Positions 1 to 6,557 of a DNA stretch of 37,245 nt are shown here, piece by piece. The stretch lies in IMG/VR virus record IMGVR_UViG_3300004241_000114, positions 1 to 37,245 of that record. One strand, given 5' to 3'. This DNA is from a virus (Duplodnaviria; Caudoviricetes). Position 1 is the first letter of the stretch, and each line of letters begins with the position of its first letter. The notes beneath the pieces were generated by a model that did not search any database, was not told the DNA's origin, and saw only the letters and a list, made by a program, of their open reading frames with translations. The position numbers and the translations under genes were made by a program.

Positions 1-216
1 CCTGTTGCTCTAATGGAATATTTAATCAATATGGTAAGTAGAGAAGGACAAGTTATACTAGACCCTTTTATGGGTTCAGGAACAACTGGTATGGCTTGTA
101 AGAAACTTAATAGAGAGTTCGTAGGAATAGAAATGATGCCAGAGTATATGGAAATAGCTAGAGCTAGGATAGAGGGTGTTAAGAAAGAGGAGCAATTGAG
201 GATTGAAGGTAGCTGA
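1..216 (+). CDS. C-terminal part of beta-class N4/N6 DNA methyltransferase (5' truncated)
   Basis: Open from base 1 (PVALMEYL...); SAM-binding motif I ILDPFMGSGTTG. Complements the DPPY-containing N-terminus at 37024-37245. Confidence 0.9.
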   Translation, partial: PVALMEYLINMVSREGQVILDPFMGSGTTGMACKKLNREFVGIEMMPEYMEIARARIEGVKKEEQLRIEGS

Positions 217-288
217 AAGGGTTCATCAGCTACATTGAGTCTTTAATAGCTCGTTAAATAGGGACTAAGTCCCAAAGGAAGGTGTTTT

Positions 289-543
289 GTGAGTTCTTGC
301 GAATGGAAGAAACTCGTTCACGATAGAGATGTTGTATGCCAGATTTGTGGAAGCGAAGGAAGCAAAAGAAACCCCCTCACTGTGCATCACATCTTTCCAA
401 AATGTTTAGGAGGTTCTAATTCTTTGGACAACCTTATTCTCCTTTGTTCAGAGTGCCATATCAAACTGCACGAGTTCTATGGCTATCCTGAGTCAAACAA
501 GGTAAGAGTTCCAAGAAGAAAGAAACGAAAGAAAAGACACTAA
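289..543 (+). CDS. Small HNH endonuclease
   Basis: RD..CQIC, TVHHIFP..GG.N..DNL.LLC..CH...H; basic tail; GTG start with SD-like AAGGAAGGT at 275-283. Confidence 0.85.
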   Translation: MSSCEWKKLVHDRDVVCQICGSEGSKRNPLTVHHIFPKCLGGSNSLDNLILLCSECHIKLHEFYGYPESNKVRVPRRKKRKKRH

Positions 544-550
544 CCTAAGA

Positions 551-587
551 GGAGGGGTAACAACGATTTTATATCAGTTACCCTTCC
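551..587 (+). other. G-rich hairpin 3' of HNH gene (possible terminator or stability element)
   Basis: GGAGGGGTAAC (551-561) pairs with GTTACCCTTCC (577-587), one G.U; similar to the hairpin at 6368-6407; no U-tract. Confidence 0.6.
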
Positions 588-596
588 GTATCTCTA

Positions 597-644
597 TAGT
601 AATTACTAGAACCCTTTGACTTTATTTTTAGATTTGTTTATATT
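597..644 (+). promoter_or_regulatory. Sigma70-type promoter with upstream palindrome
   Basis: TTGACT 616-621, 17-bp spacer, TATATT 639-644; perfect palindrome TAGTAATTACTA at 597-608. Confidence 0.75.
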
Positions 645-649
645 GAAAT

Positions 650-727
650 ATGCAAGATTCTAAGGTTAATACAATTAAGTTTGGGAACAGATTTAATCAA
701 GTAGCTTTTGAATCGAGCATCGCATAA
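650..727 (+). CDS. Possible leaderless 25-aa peptide MQDSKVNTIKFGNRFNQVAFESSIA
   Basis: ATG 5 nt after the -10 box, the same spacing as at 1388, 12486 and 16304; stop lies inside the UUCG hairpin. May be incidental. Confidence 0.3.
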   Translation: MQDSKVNTIKFGNRFNQVAFESSIA

Positions 728-749
728 CCCCTTCGGGGGTTTTTGCGTT
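721..749 (+). terminator. UUCG hairpin, possible intrinsic terminator or attenuator
   Basis: AACCCC-TTCG-GGGGTT followed by TTTGCGTT; extended by CGCA/TGCG. Confidence 0.55.
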
Positions 750-1153
750 ATCTTGGGTATTGCATAGGGTTTGGTGATCTTATGGAGTACCTAAGGGTCT
801 CAGAGACATACTTTAATTTACCTTCTGACTTACAGGTTGGTAAACCATAGGTAGTATGTTAATCGAAAGGTTAAAGAACTGTAAGTAAATGGAAACTACA
901 CGGATACCTCAAAAAACAGGTTGGTGTTAAGTTTGTATATACGATAGCTCTTTTAGGAAATGTACATTCCTATAACTAAAGAAATTATTGCTTTAAGTCT
1001 TTATTTTTGTTCTTTATGAATGAAATATTTAGAAAGATTTGTTTTCTGTTTTTCATACAATCAACAAGAACAGAGAAGAACTTTATGTTTCTAGCCGTTT
1101 CCTTAAAAACAGGTTATAGAACAGAGATATTGAATATGAATTAAAGAAAATAT

Positions 1154-1381
1154 ATGAATAACAAAATACAAATAAAACCATATGGATTAGTTTTAAAAGA
1201 TAGGTTAGATCTGTTTACTAAATACAAACTTGTTAAACAAATCTCACCTATGTTTTATGTTCCTACAAGTAAATGTACAGAGAATTACGATATGATAGGA
1301 GAATATTTAAGAGGAGAGATAGAGAAGCCTAAAAAAGTAGATAAAAGGACTAAATCTTTAGAAAACCTGTTCGTGTTATAA
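1154..1381 (+). CDS. Hypothetical protein
   Basis: 75-aa ORF with ATG after an A-rich leader; no motif recognised. Confidence 0.6.
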   Translation: MNNKIQIKPYGLVLKDRLDLFTKYKLVKQISPMFYVPTSKCTENYDMIGEYLRGEIEKPKKVDKRTKSLENLFVL

Positions 1382-1387
1382 TGGATT

Positions 1388-2581
1388 ATGTTTACAGGAA
1401 TAATACTAGCAAGTGGTAAGAGTGAGAGGTTTAAATCTTCAATACCTAAGCAGTTTATGAGTTTAAATGGTAAGCCTGTACTTCAATATTCAATAGATGT
1501 TATAGAGCCTTTGGTAGATGAGCTTATAATAGTTTCAGATATTCAGTATAAGGATTATAAGTGTGTTCCAGGTGGTAAAACCAGAAACGAGAGCGTTGAG
1601 AATGGTTTGAAAGCAAGTCATGGGGATTTTATAATTATTCATGATGGAGCGAGACCTTTTTTAAGACCAGAAACAGTAAAAAAACATAAAAAGATGTTAC
1701 TTGCAGGGTATCAGTATGTTGATACAAGGAGTGAGATATTAGATGGTTTTGTAGTTAATGGGGTGTGTGAGAGCAAGAAAGGTAAGTTTCTTGGTTTAAC
1801 ACCAGAGAGTTTTAGAAGAGAGATATTACAAGAGGCTTTCAACGAGACGGACAAAAGGGGTTGGCAAGACGAAACAAGTATGGTTCAAGAAGTTTTAGGT
1901 ATTTACACAAGTGCATGGGTAGAAGGACAATCTTTTAATTCAAAGATTACATTTAGAGAAGACCTAGCGTTTGCAGAAGGGCTTATGAGGTTTTGGAATA
2001 GATCAATAGAGACAAAGCCAGACCTCTCTAAGAAAACACTTGTATTTGGTGGGAGTGGAGATATAGCAAAATCTTGTATAGAAAAACTAGAGAATTGTTA
2101 TGCACCAACGAGACAAGAAATAGATCTCTCCAAGAAATGGGATATAGATCTAAAAGATTATGAGTCAATTATTTATTCAGCAGGAGAGTATAACGATGAG
2201 AAGAAGATAATGAAAGTCAATTTTGATAGTTGTGTAAGACTTATAAAACTTGCAGAGAAACAGGATTGGACTGGCAATATCGTGTTTTTATCCTCAACTG
2301 CATCTACATACGGAAGAAAAGGAATACCACTTTACAGTGCGTCTAAATCAGCACTCAACGCTTATATAGAAGCAAGACATGAAGAATTAGCAGAAAAGGG
2401 TATATATATAAACGCTATTGCACCAGCTAAAGTGTGGGGTAAATTACAACAAGCTATCAATCCAGGAGTCAAAAGAGGAGATACAATAGAACCAGATTAT
2501 GTAGCAGACTTTATTCTTAGATATACAGACACAAAAGTATCAGGACATATTATTTACTTAAGAAAAGGATTTGATGTTTGA
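1388..2581 (+). CDS. Bifunctional IspD/TarI-like cytidylyltransferase + SDR reductase (Bcs1-like CDP-ribitol synthase)
   Basis: N-term IILASG..ERF....PKQF, GG.TRNESV.NGL, IIIHDGARPF, N.KIT..EDL; C-term LVFGGSGDIA, IVFLSS, YSASK (YxxxK), INAIAP. Confidence 0.85.
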   Translation: MFTGIILASGKSERFKSSIPKQFMSLNGKPVLQYSIDVIEPLVDELIIVSDIQYKDYKCVPGGKTRNESVENGLKASHGDFIIIHDGARPFLRPETVKKHKKMLLAGYQYVDTRSEILDGFVVNGVCESKKGKFLGLTPESFRREILQEAFNETDKRGWQDETSMVQEVLGIYTSAWVEGQSFNSKITFREDLAFAEGLMRFWNRSIETKPDLSKKTLVFGGSGDIAKSCIEKLENCYAPTRQEIDLSKKWDIDLKDYESIIYSAGEYNDEKKIMKVNFDSCVRLIKLAEKQDWTGNIVFLSSTASTYGRKGIPLYSASKSALNAYIEARHEELAEKGIYINAIAPAKVWGKLQQAINPGVKRGDTIEPDYVADFILRYTDTKVSGHIIYLRKGFDV

Positions 2582-3827
2582 CGAAGCTCTTAGCCACGAT
2601 TTAAAACAACTAATCTTAGAGCTAGAACAACTAGACATTAAACCTTTTCTCTGGGCTGGTACGCTACTTGGGGCTGTCAGAGAGGGTACTTTTATCAAGC
2701 ATGATGACGATGTTGATATTGCATATATAAGCAAGTATGAAAACCCTAATGATGTTATGAAGGAAGCTGTGGATCTATATAAAGCTCTACACGAAAAGGG
2801 GCTACTTTTAGATTACTATGATATTAGCTGGAACAAAGGAGACCTAAACAATATTCAAACAGCCTTTGGACAGTGTCATATAACAATCAACAAGGAACAC
2901 CCAAGAGATTACACAGCAGACTTATTCACAATGTGGACAAGAGACGGAAAATTTTTTGATCCATGGTTTGGACATATAGGGAACTCAGAAGACTTTGTCT
3001 ATGAAAATGACTCATGTGAATTAGACGGAGTGAAGTTTCCAGGTCTTGAAAAGTCTGAAAGTATATTCCTTGTACTTTACGGAGAGAATTGGAAAACCCC
3101 TATAAAGGGTGAGAAAGGTACTAATAGAAACACCTTTAGACATGCCCTCAAGGAAGATAAGGGTGGCCTATATAAAGATAATTTTATTAAAAATAACATG
3201 TACAACAAGTGGGAAGATGTAAAAGAAGAAGATACAAACCGGTATATTGCGTGTTTGTCAGGGGAGGAAACCTTTAAGGTAAGTGGGCTTATAGATGCTG
3301 GTTTATTAACCAAAACAATTAGATCTTTTATGGAATATGGCTTTTTGGGTAAGGATATTCTTGAGTTTGGTTGTGGGAGTGGTCGTATGACACAGTATAT
3401 AAGGGAGTTTTTTGGCAACTATTTTGTAGCAGATATTTCAGATGTAATGCTTGGGTTGACAAGTAAAAAAACAAATGTAAAGTGCTTGAAAACAGATGGT
3501 TCTAAAATACCACTTAAACAGAAAAGTGTTGATATAGTTTTTACATTTACTGTGCTTATGCATAATAAAAAAGGGGATGTCCCTGCTATTATTTCTGAGT
3601 TTAAAAGAGTTCTCAGGACCGGTGGTTATTTATTTATGCAATTACCATGCTATACAGATAAGAACGAAGGGAAAAAGTTTAACGATGTTAGTATTTGGAA
3701 TAAAGAAGAAATATTAGAGCTTATGAATGGTTGGGAGGTTATAGATATTGTAGATAGTAATAGACCAATGGGTGGACAGATATCACCAGAGCATTTTCAA
3801 TACCATGTGTTTAGAGTTGTAAAATAA
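2574..3827 (+). CDS. licD: LicD-family phosphotransferase fused to class I SAM methyltransferase
   Basis: GTLLGAVR..TFI.HDDDVDI and YG.NW.TP; C-term ILEFGCGSGRM, DIVFTFTVLMH, RVLRTGG. Overlaps the upstream stop (ATG 2574 preferred to TTG 2571). Confidence 0.85.
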   Translation: MFDEALSHDLKQLILELEQLDIKPFLWAGTLLGAVREGTFIKHDDDVDIAYISKYENPNDVMKEAVDLYKALHEKGLLLDYYDISWNKGDLNNIQTAFGQCHITINKEHPRDYTADLFTMWTRDGKFFDPWFGHIGNSEDFVYENDSCELDGVKFPGLEKSESIFLVLYGENWKTPIKGEKGTNRNTFRHALKEDKGGLYKDNFIKNNMYNKWEDVKEEDTNRYIACLSGEETFKVSGLIDAGLLTKTIRSFMEYGFLGKDILEFGCGSGRMTQYIREFFGNYFVADISDVMLGLTSKKTNVKCLKTDGSKIPLKQKSVDIVFTFTVLMHNKKGDVPAIISEFKRVLRTGGYLFMQLPCYTDKNEGKKFNDVSIWNKEEILELMNGWEVIDIVDSNRPMGGQISPEHFQYHVFRVVK

Positions 3828-3837
3828 AGACTCCTAA

Positions 3838-3886
3838 TAATAATTACTATAACTTATTGACAATCTTGAGAATCATATTATATAAT
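3838..3886 (+). promoter_or_regulatory. Sigma70-type early promoter with two candidate operators
   Basis: TTGACA 3857-3862, 18-bp spacer, TATAAT 3881-3886; TAATAATTACTA 3838-3849; TCTTGAGA in the spacer. Confidence 0.75.
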
Positions 3887-3917
3887 TAGTTATAAATAAA
3901 TTATATATATCAATAAA

Positions 3918-4424
3918 ATGATTAAAAGAGGGGATATAAAGTTTCGTGTTGGATCTACATCCAAACCAGGAAACGAGAAACCTTGGGCTATGGCACTTGT
4001 TTATATAGATGCCAGAACAGCACAAGAAGAATTAGATTCACAGTTCGGAAAAGATGGTTGGCACTTCACATGGAGTGAAGTTGTTGGACACCCATACGCA
4101 GTTCATGGTGTTCTTAAATGTAAGTTTGAGGACAGTAAATGGATCGTAAGAGAAGATGTAGGATATCCACAAGCTAATAAAATGACAGAGGATGTCAATG
4201 ATAGTGAGTCTTTAAAGGATGCAGTAAGTGATGCGTTGAAAAGATGTGCAGTCCAGTTTGGAATAGGAAGATTTTTATATGATGCACCTACACTCTTTAC
4301 ATACAATGTAAAGGTAAATGTAAAGGGTTATGTTTCGGGATTTACTCTAGATGGAGACAAAGAGTTAACTGCTAAAGTAGACACTTGGTATAAATTAGTA
4401 GAAAAAGAAAATGAGAACAGTTAA
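3918..4424 (+). CDS. Rad52/Sak-like single-strand annealing protein
   Basis: YIDAR....LD..FG...W and K.AVSDALKRCAVQFGIGRFLY motifs of the Rad52/22 family. Confidence 0.85.
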   Translation: MIKRGDIKFRVGSTSKPGNEKPWAMALVYIDARTAQEELDSQFGKDGWHFTWSEVVGHPYAVHGVLKCKFEDSKWIVREDVGYPQANKMTEDVNDSESLKDAVSDALKRCAVQFGIGRFLYDAPTLFTYNVKVNVKGYVSGFTLDGDKELTAKVDTWYKLVEKENENS

Positions 4425-4641
4425 AAATAAACTACTAGTAGGTACATTTATAGCAAAGTGTGATAAGTGCAGTGGTGATATTGTAGTTAAAGAAGGTAAG
4501 TATGGAAAGTTTTATGCTTGTAATCAATATCCAAAGTGCGATAGGGTATGGGGTTTTTACGAAATAAGATCTCATACATACGCACAAAGAGAAGAAGAAC
4601 TTAAATTAAAGAAAAAAGAAAATGAAAACAATAACAATTAA
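4411..4641 (+). CDS. Topoisomerase-type C4 zinc-finger protein
   Basis: CDKC...VVKEGKYGKFYAC..YPKC. Confidence 0.8.
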   Translation: MRTVKNKLLVGTFIAKCDKCSGDIVVKEGKYGKFYACNQYPKCDRVWGFYEIRSHTYAQREEELKLKKKENENNNN

Positions 4642-4780
4642 ACATCAGGAGTTTGAAGAAACTATGAATAAAGATATAGACAGAATAATTATAGCAAGTA
4701 TTGCAAGTGTTGTAGCTATATCAGTAATTATGTTCGGAGTCTTATACATAATTTTTGAAGTTGTTAATCATGGAAATTAA
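4622..4780 (+). CDS. Small membrane protein (52 aa, not in ORF track)
   Basis: MKTITIK...IIIASIASVVAISVIMFGVLYIIF...; overlaps both neighbours and fills the gap between them. Confidence 0.65.
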   Translation: MKTITIKHQEFEETMNKDIDRIIIASIASVVAISVIMFGVLYIIFEVVNHGN

Positions 4781-4994
4781 AACAGTTTCAAGTAAGATCT
4801 ACGAATTAAGTAATAAGTTTGGAGGTCAAACATTAAGATTTACAGTTGAAAATATAAATGGCAAAGAGATTTATATTATGGAGTACGATGGAATAGAACT
4901 ACACTTTTATAGTGAGTATGAATTATATGATTTTGTAGAAATGATAAAAGCTGTATATAAACTAACTGTCCAAAAAAATGAAGAGTTTTTATAA
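4770..4994 (+). CDS. Hypothetical protein
   Basis: ATG 4770 (MEIKTVSS) is in frame with track ORF 4755..4994 and overlaps the upstream gene. Confidence 0.6.
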   Translation: MEIKTVSSKIYELSNKFGGQTLRFTVENINGKEIYIMEYDGIELHFYSEYELYDFVEMIKAVYKLTVQKNEEFL

Positions 4995-5283
4995 CACAAT
5001 CAATCTAACAGGTAGAACATTATTTGATGCAGACAATCAAGCTATTAAACAAGAGGATATTATTCTTGAAATACTCAAAGACGGAAAAGAAAGAACACCT
5101 TTTGAAGTAGAAGAACAACTCCTTGTTAGAGGATATAAATATCCAATCACAAGTATCAGAAGAGCAATGACAAATCTAACTAAAGAAGGAAAGATCATAA
5201 AAACAAACACCAAAAAAGATGGTGAATACGGCAAATTAAATTACTGTTGGAAAATACTTGACAATCTCGAGAATATATATTAA
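4978..5283 (+). CDS. Winged helix-turn-helix DNA-binding protein
   Basis: ILEIL....RTPFEV....YPITSIRRAMTNLTKEGKI pattern. Confidence 0.7.
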   Translation: MKSFYNTINLTGRTLFDADNQAIKQEDIILEILKDGKERTPFEVEEQLLVRGYKYPITSIRRAMTNLTKEGKIIKTNTKKDGEYGKLNYCWKILDNLENIY

Positions 5284-5286
5284 ACT
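5258..5286 (+). promoter_or_regulatory. Sigma70-type promoter with palindrome in spacer
   Basis: TTGACA 5258-5263, 17 bp, TAAACT 5281-5286; TCTCGAGA palindrome; 16/17 identical to 3857-3873. Confidence 0.65.
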
Positions 5287-5314
5287 ATATTATATAAATT
5301 AAATAACTAAAAAA

Positions 5315-5968
5315 ATGGTTTTAGGCAAAATAAAAAAATCCATCAAGTCCGTAAACCTTTTAGATGGTCAGTCAAGAGGAGAGGTTATATTTAGAAGGGT
5401 TAGTGTAGTAATCATAGGTTACTTGCTAATAGTTCTAATGGGTAATGTTCTTATTAACAAGGAGCAGGTTGTGGATCAGGTTGAAGCAAGAACTCCAGTA
5501 GTAGAGGTTAAGACAGGAGATATTTATAATGGTCAAGAGGTAGAAATAGATGAGAATGGAAAGGTCTGGTATTTACAGGATTACACACCTACACCAGAGC
5601 CAGAAGTAGAAGACAAGGTAAGTTCTTTTATTAAAAGCTATGGGGGTAGAATAGACAGTGAATATTTAGGATATCTTAGACTTTACTGTAATCAGGAAGC
5701 ACTAGAAACAGTTGTAGCTATATCAGTAGCTGAGACAAGTATGGGGAAGAATACAACTAGAAACACAAACTTTTATGGTTGGTTTAAGGGTGGAAATAGA
5801 AACTATGATCCAAGTAAGGAAGAAATGGCACAAGAGATATGTACAGGAATTGAAAGAAGTTATATAGGAATAGGATCAAACGACAAGGTTGCAAGTAAAT
5901 ATACAGGAGGAGATAGTACAAGTAACTGGATGAAAAACTATAACTGGGCTAGAAGCCAGATGAGATAA
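5315..5968 (+). CDS. Membrane-anchored lysozyme-fold (glucosaminidase-like) protein
   Basis: N-terminal TM segment, Pro/Glu linker, VAISVAETSMGK...NFYGW catalytic-like motif. Confidence 0.6.
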   Translation: MVLGKIKKSIKSVNLLDGQSRGEVIFRRVSVVIIGYLLIVLMGNVLINKEQVVDQVEARTPVVEVKTGDIYNGQEVEIDENGKVWYLQDYTPTPEPEVEDKVSSFIKSYGGRIDSEYLGYLRLYCNQEALETVVAISVAETSMGKNTTRNTNFYGWFKGGNRNYDPSKEEMAQEICTGIERSYIGIGSNDKVASKYTGGDSTSNWMKNYNWARSQMR

Positions 5969-5987
5969 TAGCTCTTTATAATTTGAA

Positions 5988-6118
5988 GTAGTGCATCATG
6001 GGTTCTGGGCAGTGCCTCTGGTGTGCTACTCCCTGTCTCTGGTTCTGAGAGGATACTGGGGATAAGGAGTAGCATTTGCTACAGCTCGTAAAAAGTGGTT
6101 TTCCCAACATTGAAAACT
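5988..6118 (+). ncRNA. Structured leader or ncRNA with overlapping alternative hairpins
   Basis: 5988-5998 pairs with 6019-6029; 6024-6074 forms a long G.U-rich hairpin with GAGA tetraloop; TATAAT at 5977-5982. Confidence 0.55.
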
Positions 6119-6131
6119 TAGGAGGTTTATC

Positions 6132-6347
6132 ATGTCATGGGATAAGAAAACTACAAAGGAAAGTGGTTCTGGTAACGACAATCTGTCAGGGTCAAATTGG
6201 ACTCGGCACATCACCACAGAAACCTACGACAATGGTTCAAAGCACACAACCGAGTCATTCACCAATGACAACGGAAGCTGGAGAACTTCGTGGGACACCG
6301 ACAAAGGTGGAAATGTGAGTGATATGCACATCAGCAAGAACGACTAG
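6132..6347 (+). CDS. Small hydrophilic hypothetical protein (moron-like)
   Basis: Canonical SD AGGAGGT at 6120-6126; visibly more GC-rich than neighbours; S/T/D/N/G-rich. Confidence 0.7.
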   Translation: MSWDKKTTKESGSGNDNLSGSNWTRHITTETYDNGSKHTTESFTNDNGSWRTSWDTDKGGNVSDMHISKND

Positions 6348-6367
6348 CTGACAAGCTACCAGACCAC

Positions 6368-6407
6368 AGGGGAGGGGGACATTGTTTTTATACAGTCTCC
6401 TTCCCCT
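6368..6407 (+). other. G-rich hairpin 3' of ORF 6132-6347
   Basis: GGGGAGGGGGAC (6369-6380) pairs with GTCTCCTTCCCC (6395-6406), two G.U; apical TTTTAT loop. Confidence 0.65.
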
Positions 6408-6419
6408 TCTGTTCGTTAT

Positions 6420-6525
6420 GCAGGGGTTTTATCAGTTTGAAGAAACTGGTCATTGCTAAAGGTGGTATGGGGAATAATTAGCTTTAGCGTTCTCCATGCA
6501 ACAGGGTGCAACTCCCTACCTTGCT
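6420..6525 (+). ncRNA. tRNA-like RNA (acceptor stem and T-arm) without a canonical anticodon arm
   Basis: GCAGGG/CCTTGC closing stem; AGGG-TGCAACT-CCCT T-arm; 8-bp hairpin 6431-6450; crossed helices 6455-6461/6482-6488 and 6465-6475/6489-6499. Confidence 0.6.
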
Positions 6526-6557
6526 TGATCCTAATATAAATTATCTAAACAAATAAA

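Larger units (their letters stand above)
650..1125 (+). ncRNA. Candidate large structured RNA (family unknown)
   Basis: Consecutive G.U-containing helices starting at the predicted TSS; GGAA, UUCG and GAAA tetraloops; 8-bp loop pairing ACTTACAG (828-835) with CTGTAAGT (879-886); no long ORF. Confidence 0.6.

Noticed and set aside
236-285. Hairpin followed by TTAAATAG resembles the 5' part of a pistol ribozyme
   Set aside because: The downstream pistol pseudoknot partner and P3/cleavage-site elements could not be found.
650-727. Peptide loosely resembles a tmRNA tag
   Set aside because: No alanine acceptor stem, T-arm or CCA nearby; the only tRNA-like element is 5.7 kb away and lacks G3.U70.
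722-745. GCATAACCCCTT...GGGGTTTTTG resembles the ends of the T7 terminator (possible vector contamination)
   Set aside because: The central part of the T7 terminator is absent, no other vector sequence is present, and the hairpin is embedded in native structure.
289-1125. HNH next to a structured RNA as a HEARO/IscB OMEGA system or group I/II intron
   Set aside because: The 84-aa protein has no RuvC motifs, the RNA has its own downstream promoter, and no group I P7 or group II domain V consensus was seen.
1016-1144. 42-codon ATG ORF in the 3' part of the intergenic region
   Set aside because: No recognisable motif and it overlaps predicted helices. It cannot be fully excluded and would shorten the ncRNA call.
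6034-6064. GNRA-capped hairpin as SRP RNA helix 8
   Set aside because: It lacks the conserved CAGG/AGCA symmetric loop.
6076-6318. 80-aa alternative-frame ORF (and minus-strand ORF 6026-6217)
   Set aside because: TTG start inside RNA structure without an SD; the overlapping ORF 6132-6347 has ATG and a canonical SD.
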